Assembly: GCA_042568205.1 (NCBI GenBank)
Contig: JBHPJE010000005.1
Coordinates: 3,267-67,266 of the forward strand
DNA from: Patescibacteria group bacterium
Lineage (GTDB): Bacteria > Patescibacteriota > Gracilibacteria > UBA1369 > PNNO01
Direction: 5' to 3'
DNA: 64,000 nucleotides
The notes under the pieces are model-generated. The model saw only the letters and a list, made by a program, of their open reading frames with translations, made no database searches and was not told the DNA's origin. Position numbers and translations under genes: made by a program. The stretch's first letter is position 1. Each line of letters opens with the position of its first letter. Below are positions 26,529-35,382 of the stretch, piece after piece.

Positions 26529-28931
26529 TTATACGCCTCGAATTACACCACCAAGTTTTTCTAAATTAGCAAAAATCTTCTTTTGAACTTTTGACATTTC
26601 TTCATCAGTCAAAGTTCTGTCTTTAGCTTGTAGAAGCACTCTAAACGCAAGCGCTTTTTTGTTATCTTCAATATTTTCACCTTCATATATATCAAATAAT
26701 TTAACTCGTTCGATAAGTTTTGAATCTGCTTCATTGATAGCCTTTTGAATATCAGCGACTTTTCTATCCCTACCAATTACTACCGAGATATCTAAATCTA
26801 AGCCTGGGAATTTTGGCAGAGCTTTATATTTTACAAAGTCACGACCAATTGCTGCAAGCTTTGTGAAATTGATTTCAAATCCAGCAACTTTCGCATCAAT
26901 ATCCCAATTTTTCAAAACCTGAGGATGAATTTCTCCAACTCCACCAACTGCCTCTCCATTAATTAGAATCTTCGCAGTCCTTGAAGGGTGAACAAATGGC
27001 GGAGGCTCAATAGCTAGTAAAAATTCTGCATCCTGACCAGTGAAATCTTTTAAAAATCCTTCAATAATTGCTTTTGCTTCATAAAAAATTTCATTTTTTG
27101 CTTTCTTTGGCAAAACTGTCATTCCTGCAATCCATTTTTCTTCAACTGGGAAATAATCTCCTTCTTCAACATAAGTTCGTCCAACTTCAAACAATCTAAA
27201 TCCTTCAAAATATCTCAAATTATCAGCTACATTTTTTAGAAGATTTGGCATAAGAGCAATCCGTAAATGTGTTTGATCCGAAGATAAAAAATTGTCTAAC
27301 AATACGTGCTTTTCCTCAGGCATAAGGCATTTACTTAATTCGTCTTTTCCATAAAAAGAATAATTGTAAACTTCACTCATTCCATAAGTTTGAGCAAGGA
27401 TTTTTCGAGCTTTATGTTTTAAAGTTCTTTCAATATTTGGCATCGGAGAAGTGATCGGAAGCTCAGGCATTGTCTCAGGCACATTTTCATATCCATACAT
27501 TCTAACGATTTCCTCAACTAAATCATCTTCAATATCAACATCTTTTGTAGCGCGCCAGGTTGGTACAGTTACCTCAAGAGTTTTTCCTTTTCCGCTTACT
27601 TTAAATTGAAGGGATTCTAAGATTTTTTTACATTCATCAGAAGAAATTTCAACTCCGATTTTAGAAGATACCATTTCAGTATCTAGTTTCACTTTTTGCT
27701 CTTCTGGAAGCCCGTTATTGACATCGTTAATTGGACCTGCGATCTCTGCATCAGGGCAAAGTTGTAAAATTAATTCACAAGTTCGTTTAATTGCAGTTTC
27801 AGCAAGAACCGGATCTAAAGCTTTTTCAAATCTCTGAACTGCTTCTGTTCGAAGTCCGAGTTTTGTTGAAGTTGTTCTAATAGATTGAGCATTAAAATTC
27901 GCTGATTCTATTATAATCTCAGTTGTTCCTTCCTGGATTTCGCTGTTTTCACCACCCATAACACCAGCTATTGCAATTGGCTTTTTATGATCAGCGATTA
28001 CCAACATTGAGTCATCGAGTTTTCTTTCTTCACCATCTAAAGTTGTAATTTTTTCACCTTTATTTGCTCTTCGGACAACAATCCCACCCTGAATAAACGA
28101 CTCATCAAACGCATGCAAAGGCTGACCAAGTTCTGCCATCACATAATTAGTAATATCAACAATATTTGAAATTGGACGATATCCAACTGCGATTAGCCTA
28201 TCCTGAAGCCATTTTGGAGACTCCTCAACTTTTACATTTTTTACAATCACTCCACAATATCTTGGACATAAATCATAATCCTCAATTTTGATATCAACCT
28301 GATCTCCTTTTGAAGGGAAGCCAAGGCTTAGGTCAAATTCTTGCAAATCTTTTCCATAAATTGCTGCAAATTCACGGGCAATTCCATAATGCCCCCAAAG
28401 GTCAGGACGATGAGTAAGGGATTTATTATCAACTTCAATAACAATATCGTTTGTTCCATATATTTCCGCCAACGATTGACCTGGCTGAACATCCATTTTA
28501 GTCATATCAACAATTTCATCGCCGGTTGGAGCGAGACCAATCTCTTCACCAACACAAAGCATTCCGTTACTTTCAACTCCTCGTAATTTAACTGTTGAAA
28601 GTTGAACAGGATCCCCTTCTCCATGCCATTTAACCCAAGATCCAGGCATAGCAACAGGACCCATCATTCCTTCATATAAATTAGTTCCTCCGCAAACAAT
28701 CTGAGTTTTTTCTTTACCAATATCAACTGTGCAAACTTTTAATTTATCCGCGTTAGGATGATCTTCGATTTTTTCAATTTTTCCAACAACCATTCCATCA
28801 TAAGCTTTCGACAAATCTTCAAATCCTTCAATTTCAGCAGTTCTAACCGTGAAAAGATCACCAATTTCCTGGGGATCTAATTTGGGATCCAAATCAACAA
28901 AGTCTTTTATCCAATTGAGTGAAATATACAT
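26529..28931 (-). CDS. pheT: Phenylalanine-tRNA ligase beta subunit
   Basis: MYISLNW, HPNADKL, S.GMLC, RPDL..H.G.ARE, GQPLHAFD, DLVEEI.R.YGY, FDX-ACB C-terminus. Confidence 0.97.
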   Translation of the reverse strand: MYISLNWIKDFVDLDPKLDPQEIGDLFTVRTAEIEGFEDLSKAYDGMVVGKIEKIEDHPNADKLKVCTVDIGKEKTQIVCGGTNLYEGMMGPVAMPGSWVKWHGEGDPVQLSTVKLRGVESNGMLCVGEEIGLAPTGDEIVDMTKMDVQPGQSLAEIYGTNDIVIEVDNKSLTHRPDLWGHYGIAREFAAIYGKDLQEFDLSLGFPSKGDQVDIKIEDYDLCPRYCGVIVKNVKVEESPKWLQDRLIAVGYRPISNIVDITNYVMAELGQPLHAFDESFIQGGIVVRRANKGEKITTLDGEERKLDDSMLVIADHKKPIAIAGVMGGENSEIQEGTTEIIIESANFNAQSIRTTSTKLGLRTEAVQRFEKALDPVLAETAIKRTCELILQLCPDAEIAGPINDVNNGLPEEQKVKLDTEMVSSKIGVEISSDECKKILESLQFKVSGKGKTLEVTVPTWRATKDVDIEDDLVEEIVRMYGYENVPETMPELPITSPMPNIERTLKHKARKILAQTYGMSEVYNYSFYGKDELSKCLMPEEKHVLLDNFLSSDQTHLRIALMPNLLKNVADNLRYFEGFRLFEVGRTYVEEGDYFPVEEKWIAGMTVLPKKAKNEIFYEAKAIIEGFLKDFTGQDAEFLLAIEPPPFVHPSRTAKILINGEAVGGVGEIHPQVLKNWDIDAKVAGFEINFTKLAAIGRDFVKYKALPKFPGLDLDISVVIGRDRKVADIQKAINEADSKLIERVKLFDIYEGENIEDNKKALAFRVLLQAKDRTLTDEEMSKVQKKIFANLEKLGGVIRGV

Positions 28932-28944
28932 TTTTTAATTGAGA

Positions 28945-29415
28945 TTAATATTCGCAACCTGCTAAACCAGCAAGTTTAGCTAAAGCCGTGTTTCCTTCTT
29001 GCACAGTACCATCTGCAAATATCCAAGTTGGAACAGATGTTACGTCAGCGTCTTTACAAGCCTGTGCCCATCCATCACCATCTGCACATTCTGTGTGATC
29101 TAAATATTCTAACCCATCAGCAAATGCTGCTTTTTGATTTTTACAATGCCCACACCAACTTGCTGTATAAAGTTTTGCTCCATTTTCTGTAAGACATTTT
29201 GCAAGTACTACTTCTTTTGATTCTGAATCTGCTGCTGCATCTTCAGGAGTGTCTTCAACCTCAGGTACATCAACATCAATGATTGGATCTTCTACAACTG
29301 GATCTTCTGTAACTACTGAATCTTCTCCTGACGGAAGTTCTGCAGGTGCTTGAAACCAGTTACATCCTACTAATAAAAATACTGAAATTATTGAAATTAT
29401 AGCTAATTTTTTCAT
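28945..29415 (-). CDS. Thioredoxin-fold lipoprotein (WCGHC)
   Basis: MKKLAII...LLVG|C lipobox; LAKCL...GAKLY.ASWCGHC..QK..F; VPTW. Lies between pheS and pheT. Confidence 0.85.
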   Translation of the reverse strand: MKKLAIISIISVFLLVGCNWFQAPAELPSGEDSVVTEDPVVEDPIIDVDVPEVEDTPEDAAADSESKEVVLAKCLTENGAKLYTASWCGHCKNQKAAFADGLEYLDHTECADGDGWAQACKDADVTSVPTWIFADGTVQEGNTALAKLAGLAGCEY

Positions 29416-29416
29416 A

Positions 29417-30457
29417 TTAAAATTGGTTAACAAATCTAAGGTCGCCACTTAAATTGTGACGTATATCATCGATGCCGTGACGCATCATTACTAAGCGGGT
29501 CAAACCAAAACCAAACGCCCAACCTTGCCATTTTTTAGGATCAATTCCACCAGATTTAAGTACATTTTCATGAACCATTCCTGCTCCCATAAATTCTACC
29601 CATCCGGTTTTCTTACAAACTCTGCAGCCTTTGCCTTCGCAAATTAAACAAGAGAAATCCACTTCTAATCCTGGCTCCACAAACGGGAAATATCCAGGTC
29701 TAATTCTTACTTTCACCTCTCTGCCAAATAATGTTGATAGGAATTGTTTAAGTACACCTTTAAGGTGTGAAATTGAAATATGTTTATCGATCATAAGGCC
29801 TTCTACCTGATAAAACGTTGTGTCGTGCGATGCATCTGTTGCTTCGTAACGGAAAGTTCTTCCAGGAACAATAACGCGAAGAGGAGCACCATACTTTTCC
29901 ATTGTTCTAACCTGAACCGGAGATGTGTGAGTGCGGAGAACCATTCTTCCGTGCTTTTTATCCTCTTTATCCTTGATGAAAAATGTATCTTGCATGTCTC
30001 TCGCTGGATGCCACGCAGGAATATTAAGGCCTTCAAAATTATAATATTCTGATTCTGCTTCCGGACCATCCATTATCATAAATCCCATGCTTGTGAAAAT
30101 GTCTTCAACTTCTTTTTGAACCTGAGAAAGCGGATGGATATGCCCTTTTTGACGATCAGGGCCCGGGGCAGTCACATCAAACGTTGGATCTTCTAATTGC
30201 GCATTCAGACTTTTTGATTCGATCTGATTTTTTTTATCTGCGATCGCCTGTTCAAGTTCGTTTTTGATTTCATTTGAAAGTTTTCCTATAACTGGTTTTT
30301 CAGAATTGCTAAGATCTTTAACTCCTCTAAGGATATTTGTTAATTCTCCTTTTCTTCCAATAAATTTAACTTCAACTTCCTGAAGCTGGGCTGTGTCAGT
30401 AGCTTTTGAGATTGCATCAAGGCATTCTCTCTTTAATTTTTCGAGTTGTGGGATCAT
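29417..30457 (-). CDS. pheS: Phenylalanine-tRNA ligase alpha subunit
   Basis: HPARDMQDTF, LRTHTSPVQ, YFPFVEP, GWAFGFGL.RL; start MIPQLE at 30457. Confidence 0.97.
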   Translation of the reverse strand: MIPQLEKLKRECLDAISKATDTAQLQEVEVKFIGRKGELTNILRGVKDLSNSEKPVIGKLSNEIKNELEQAIADKKNQIESKSLNAQLEDPTFDVTAPGPDRQKGHIHPLSQVQKEVEDIFTSMGFMIMDGPEAESEYYNFEGLNIPAWHPARDMQDTFFIKDKEDKKHGRMVLRTHTSPVQVRTMEKYGAPLRVIVPGRTFRYEATDASHDTTFYQVEGLMIDKHISISHLKGVLKQFLSTLFGREVKVRIRPGYFPFVEPGLEVDFSCLICEGKGCRVCKKTGWVEFMGAGMVHENVLKSGGIDPKKWQGWAFGFGLTRLVMMRHGIDDIRHNLSGDLRFVNQF

Positions 30458-30520
30458 GTTTATGGAATTTAGATTCGCTTCATAATTTAGAGGTTTTTTG
30501 TAGGATTTGCAACTGAATTC

Positions 30521-30570
30521 GGATGACCGAGTCATGTGGGATGACCGAGTCATGTGGGATGACCGAGTGA
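30521..30570. repeat. 18-bp tandem repeat (about 2.7 copies)
   Basis: (GGATGACCGAGTCATGTG)x2 plus GGATGACCGAGTGA. Confidence 0.9.
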
Positions 30571-30623
30571 TTGTTTGACAAATTAGCGATTGGTTTATAA
30601 AGATCCCGGTGAAGGTCTTTTTC

Positions 30624-30744
30624 TTGACTTCAAATATCTTAATATATATATTCTTCGACTGGTGCTTCTATAGTAATCAAGGCAACAACCACGTTGGCGC
30701 TTGATTACACAAGCGCTGACAATTGACACATGGGAGATAGAACA
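30624..30744 (+). promoter_or_regulatory. Promoter plus structured leader
   Basis: TTGACT-17-TATATT; GTAATCAAG/CTTGATTAC and GCGCTTG/CAAGCGC stems; GCGCTGACAATT; SD GGGAGA 30732-30737. Confidence 0.62.
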
Positions 30745-31083
30745 GTGAGTGACATTGCATACAAACACCTTGTTGGAGGCGTTCATGGGCAATCAGCCGT
30801 GGACGCCATAATAAGCAGAGCTAATTTGGCGATCATCCCAGGGCGAGAAGCTCTGGAAGCCAGTAAGCTTATGGTTCGGATCGGCGCCAATGAGTGGCGA
30901 CTGAGCCTGGTGAGCGCCCCTAATGCCAAGCAGGCCATTCAAGCCGCAAGACGTAAATGCGGCAAAAATGTGGTCACTCCGGAATTTCTGCTCAAACAAG
31001 ACGAAGGTCTGTTCTGGAGTATGAAGTTCCACTACACGGACGAGTTCCGGCGATTCCTTGCCGGCGACATCGGCGCGCTTTAA
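30745..31083 (+). CDS. GC-rich small hypothetical protein, SD-led class
   Basis: GTG at 30745 is 7 nt after GGGAGA (ORF track starts at ATG 30730); C-rich 3' UTR and hairpin follow. Confidence 0.65.
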   Translation: MSDIAYKHLVGGVHGQSAVDAIISRANLAIIPGREALEASKLMVRIGANEWRLSLVSAPNAKQAIQAARRKCGKNVVTPEFLLKQDEGLFWSMKFHYTDEFRRFLAGDIGAL

Positions 31084-31232
31084 TCCTCCCTCCCGACCCC
31101 TCCCCCCACACTTAGCTTGAAGTCGCACAAGTTAAGGGGGGAGGGATCGTTTTCATATCCGAACTCCAACCCAGGTTGCAAAGCATGTCAATTTGAGGTA
31201 TAATAATATGATCAAATTTTAACATTTTCAAA

Positions 31233-31664
31233 ATGGCACACACAGGTGGTACTCCAGATCCACGAGGCAATGTAAGACAGCCTGAATACACTGGGGATAT
31301 CGAAAATAAAAAACTAAATACAGGTAAAGCACTTGACGAAGTAGGAAAAACTGTAGACGTAGAAGGACAAACTCCAAGAGAATCTAAAAATAAAATTGCA
31401 GAATTTTTAGTAGAAGCTAAAGACAAAAAATTAAAATCAGAAGCAGCACTTAAAAAGAAAGGGTTCGAACCTTTAGAGCTTGCTGCTTTTTCTAACTTCG
31501 ACGATTTAGTTACTGAAGATGGCAATCTTCAGGGTGGAGCTGCTAGCAGCTTTACTGCACAATATGTTAAAAACTTTGGAATTGACGATCCAAATTATGA
31601 AGTTGAAGTTGGAGAATATGGTGATGGCGATTACACGGTTTACTTAAAAAAGAAAAATTCATAG
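31233..31664 (+). CDS. Hypothetical protein
   Basis: TTGCAA...TATAAT promoter upstream; backbone codon usage; terminator downstream. Confidence 0.75.
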   Translation: MAHTGGTPDPRGNVRQPEYTGDIENKKLNTGKALDEVGKTVDVEGQTPRESKNKIAEFLVEAKDKKLKSEAALKKKGFEPLELAAFSNFDDLVTEDGNLQGGAASSFTAQYVKNFGIDDPNYEVEVGEYGDGDYTVYLKKKNS

Positions 31665-31684
31665 TGCCCCCTTTTGATAAATAG

Positions 31685-31720
31685 AAAAAGCCGATCACTA
31701 TGGATCGGCTTTTATTTTTT
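31685..31720. terminator. Bidirectional terminator
   Basis: AAAAAGCCGATC-actatg-GATCGGCTTTT. Confidence 0.88.
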
Positions 31721-31737
31721 CTATAAGTCAGTCAAAA

Positions 31738-32013
31738 TTATCTAACTGCATCTTTTAGAGATTTACCAGCTTTGAAAGCAGGTAATTTCATTGCAGGGAT
31801 TTTGATTTTTTGACTTGGGTTTCGTGGATTTACACCAGTTCGAGCTGCTCTGTGTGAAACACGGAAAGTTCCGAATCCAGTGATAGTAACGTTTTTACCA
31901 CCTTTAAGACTTTTAGTGATCGCACCTAGAACTGCTTCTAGTACTTCACCAGCTGCCTTTTTTGTAACACCAGCTGTAGAAGCTGCGTGGTTTACAAGGT
32001 CTTGCTTTGTCAT
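31738..32013 (-). CDS. hup: DNA-binding protein HU
   Basis: MTKQDLV, GFGTF, RAARTGVNP, PAFKAGKSLKDAV. Confidence 0.97.
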   Translation of the reverse strand: MTKQDLVNHAASTAGVTKKAAGEVLEAVLGAITKSLKGGKNVTITGFGTFRVSHRAARTGVNPRNPSQKIKIPAMKLPAFKAGKSLKDAVR

Positions 32014-32330
32014 AGCAAAGAGAGGTTAAGGATAATAATAAAATTGGTTTGAAATAGGAAAAAGCCCTAAGACGACAGCATTATAGCCACCCCACCCAAA
32101 AGTGCAAGATGATTTTGTCAAATATGCCCCTTTTTAAAGCCGTAAATCATTGAAAATGTCCAATAAATGGCTCAAGAAAGCCAAAAAACTTTGACTTGCA
32201 CAATAATCCCTTTTATTTCCTTTTTATAAGCCAAAAATCAGTTTTTATGGCATTAATATTAAAACCTCGCCCTTGACACATCCTGTAATTGGCGATAGGA
32301 TTCAAATCCTATTATTAACTTTATAATCAT

Positions 32331-32888
32331 ATGTCTCCGAAATTAAATGAATTATTTGGTGCCGAATTATCAGATGAAGAACTTCAAAGAGTCAACAAAG
32401 CTTTACCTGAATTAATTAGTGAGCAATTAATGCAAGTTTATAGAATGGTACAAGCTTTATTAAGCGATGGATCAGATTTTAGTGAATATTTTACAAGAAG
32501 ACTTGCGCTTTCAGAATTATTAGGTAAGCAACTTGAAAAAGGGAACATGACCTCAAATGCTTTATCACCAGAGCTAATTCAAGACGCTATAAGAAAAGGA
32601 CATACACTTTTACTCTCGCCTGTTGCACACGATCCTAATTTTATGTCAGTTGAAGCTAGGGAAACATTCGGACCAGAAAATGGCAGAGATGCTGCCTGGC
32701 TTGAAGCACATAAATCTGACTTGCTTAAACAATATGAAGGTCAATTTATAGCAATTCTTGATTGTGAAGTTATTGGTACTGGAGATGATTTTGAAAAACT
32801 TCATAATAGTTTAGATCCAAAATATCATGAAAAAAATGTATTTATTATTAAAGTTACAAAAGAAGCATTATCTGAAGCTGGATTTTAA
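32331..32888 (+). CDS. Hypothetical protein with C-terminal DUF5678-like domain
   Basis: WL..H...LLKQYEGQFIAI....VIG.G.DF..L; TTGACA...TAGGAT promoter upstream. Confidence 0.65.
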   Translation: MSPKLNELFGAELSDEELQRVNKALPELISEQLMQVYRMVQALLSDGSDFSEYFTRRLALSELLGKQLEKGNMTSNALSPELIQDAIRKGHTLLLSPVAHDPNFMSVEARETFGPENGRDAAWLEAHKSDLLKQYEGQFIAILDCEVIGTGDDFEKLHNSLDPKYHEKNVFIIKVTKEALSEAGF

Positions 32889-32966
32889 AGTTTTTTTGAC
32901 AACTATATGATTAAAGTGTTAACTAAAGAGATGTGACACCAATTCACAATTAACACTTTATTATAT

Positions 32967-35279
32967 ATGAGCAAAAATCTAGTAATAGTCGAATCACCTG
33001 CAAAGGCGAAAACAATTGAACAATATTTAGGAAAAGATTTTACTGTGACTGCATCAATGGGTCATGTGCGTGATCTTCCAAAATCTAAAATGGGAATTGA
33101 TACTGAAAAAAACTTTGAACCATCATATACAGTCCCCCAGGATAAAAAGAAAACAATTGCTGAGCTGAAGAAAAAGATAAAGGCAGACACTAAGATTTGG
33201 ATCGCTACCGATGAGGACCGCGAAGGAGAAGCTATTGGTTGGCACTTATTAAAAGCTTTAAAGGTTGATCCAAAAAAACACGAGGTTAAAAGAATTGTTT
33301 TTCATGAAATTACGAAAAGCGCGATATTAAAATCAATTGAAGAGCCGCGTGAGATTAATAATGACCTTGTTGATGCGCAGCAAGCACGTCGTGTACTTGA
33401 TCGTTTAGTTGGTTATGAACTTTCGCCACTCCTTTGGAAGAAAATTAGATATGGATTATCTGCTGGCCGTGTTCAATCAGTTGCGGTTCGTTTAATTGTT
33501 GAAAGAGAAAGAGAAATTGAAGCATTTAAGCCAGAAGAATTTTGGAAAATGATTGGAAATTTCTATGGAGATGCAAAAAAAGATTTCGAAGCCCAATTAG
33601 CTAAAATTGATGGAGATAAAGCTGAAGTTGGGGATAAAAAAACAGCTGACAAAATCCTGAAAGACTTAGAAGGTGCTGATTATAAAGTAACGAAAGTTGT
33701 AGAAAAGAAAGCAAAGCGAAATCCTGCTCCTCCTTTTATAACATCAACCTTGCAACAGGAAGCTTCAAGAAAACTTGGATTTTCTGTGAAAAAAACAATG
33801 GTGATTGCACAGCAACTTTATGAAGGAGTTGAAACATCAGAAGGACAAGAAGGTCTTATTACATACATGAGAACTGATTCATTTAATCTTTCTAATGATG
33901 CTATTGCACAAGCGCATAAAATGATTGAAAAAGAATATGGAAAAGAATATGTAGCTGAAAAAGCCCGTGTTTATAAAAAATCAAAAGGTGCGCAGGAAGC
34001 TCATGAAGCAATCCGTCCTGCAAATATTGAAAGAACACCTGAGTCTTTGAAAAAACAACTTAATAAAGATCAATTCAGATTATATGAACTTATTTGGAAA
34101 AGAATGATTGCATGCCAAATGAAAACTGCTCTTTTAAATCAAATTAAAGCTTCAATCGAGGCTGAACAATACACTTTTGAAGCAACTGGGCAGACTGTAG
34201 AATTCGCAGGATTCATGAAAGTTTACATTGAAGATGAAGACGAAGAAGACGATCCAAATGCAGAAAAAGATGAAGAGAAAACAAAGAAGCACGAGAAATT
34301 CCTTCCACCTTTAAAAGAAAACGAGTCACTGGATTGTAAGAAACTAGATGCAACTCAGCATTTTACTCAACCTCCTCATAGATTTACTGAGGCAGCACTT
34401 GTTAAGAAATTAGAATCTGAAGGGATTGGACGTCCATCAACTTATGCTCCGACAATTTCAACAGTTCAAACTCGTGGATATATTGAAAAATTAGGGAAAG
34501 CTTTAAGGCCTACAGATACAGGAAATGTCGTAACTGATTTTTTAGTTAAATATTTCCCAGATATTGTTGATTACAAATTTACAGCTGAAATGGAAGAAGA
34601 TCTCGACTTAATTGCACATGGGAAAAAAGAGTGGGAGCCTATTATTAAAGAGTTCTATGGTCCATTCCACGACAATATAGTGGATAAAGAAAAAACTGTA
34701 AGCAAAGCAGATGTTGTAAATGAAGAAACTGACGAAGTTTGCGAGATGTGCAAATCACCAATGGTTATAAAACTTGGACGATTTGGGAAATTTTTATCGT
34801 GCTCTAACTACCCGGAATGCAAAAATGCAAAACCTTTGCCTAAAAAAGAAGGAGAAGAAGAACTTGAACGAGAGAAACCAAAAATCGATCCTGAATTAGA
34901 GAAAAAATTAAAAGGTAAAAAATGCGACAAATGCGGAAACTTAATGGAAATTAAAGTTGGTAAATACGGACATTTCTTAGGATGCTCAAATTATCCAGAT
35001 TGTAAGAACATTCAACCTATTGTTAAATTTAGCGGAGTAAAATGTCCTCGATGTAAAAAAGGTCAATTAGTTGAAAGACATGCACGCCGCACAGGAAAGG
35101 CATTTTATGGATGCAACCAGTTTCCTAGATGCAAATTTGCAACCTGGGATAAACCTCTCGTAGACAAATGCAAAAAGTGCAAAGGTATGATGGTTGAGAA
35201 AAAAGACGGCGAAGTAGTTTGCAATGATTGTACAAAAAATGACAAGCCGAAGAAAAAAGCTGCTAAGAAGAAAAAATAG
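32967..35279 (+). CDS. topA: DNA topoisomerase I
   Basis: LVIVESPAKAKTI, ATDEDREGEAI, SAGRVQS, LITYMRTDS, GIGRPSTY, C4 Zn ribbons. Confidence 0.98.
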   Translation: MSKNLVIVESPAKAKTIEQYLGKDFTVTASMGHVRDLPKSKMGIDTEKNFEPSYTVPQDKKKTIAELKKKIKADTKIWIATDEDREGEAIGWHLLKALKVDPKKHEVKRIVFHEITKSAILKSIEEPREINNDLVDAQQARRVLDRLVGYELSPLLWKKIRYGLSAGRVQSVAVRLIVEREREIEAFKPEEFWKMIGNFYGDAKKDFEAQLAKIDGDKAEVGDKKTADKILKDLEGADYKVTKVVEKKAKRNPAPPFITSTLQQEASRKLGFSVKKTMVIAQQLYEGVETSEGQEGLITYMRTDSFNLSNDAIAQAHKMIEKEYGKEYVAEKARVYKKSKGAQEAHEAIRPANIERTPESLKKQLNKDQFRLYELIWKRMIACQMKTALLNQIKASIEAEQYTFEATGQTVEFAGFMKVYIEDEDEEDDPNAEKDEEKTKKHEKFLPPLKENESLDCKKLDATQHFTQPPHRFTEAALVKKLESEGIGRPSTYAPTISTVQTRGYIEKLGKALRPTDTGNVVTDFLVKYFPDIVDYKFTAEMEEDLDLIAHGKKEWEPIIKEFYGPFHDNIVDKEKTVSKADVVNEETDEVCEMCKSPMVIKLGRFGKFLSCSNYPECKNAKPLPKKEGEEELEREKPKIDPELEKKLKGKKCDKCGNLMEIKVGKYGHFLGCSNYPDCKNIQPIVKFSGVKCPRCKKGQLVERHARRTGKAFYGCNQFPRCKFATWDKPLVDKCKKCKGMMVEKKDGEVVCNDCTKNDKPKKKAAKKKK

Positions 35280-35382
35280 GAGTACTCGGTATACTTCGAG
35301 GTACTCGGTACTAAAAGAGGCTGACACTCCTTGATTTTTCGCTGAATAAATGGTATTATAGTATGAAAAATAAAAACAAAAC

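Noticed and set aside
30521-30570. CRISPR array
   Set aside because: 18-bp units abut with no spacers, and no cas genes are present.
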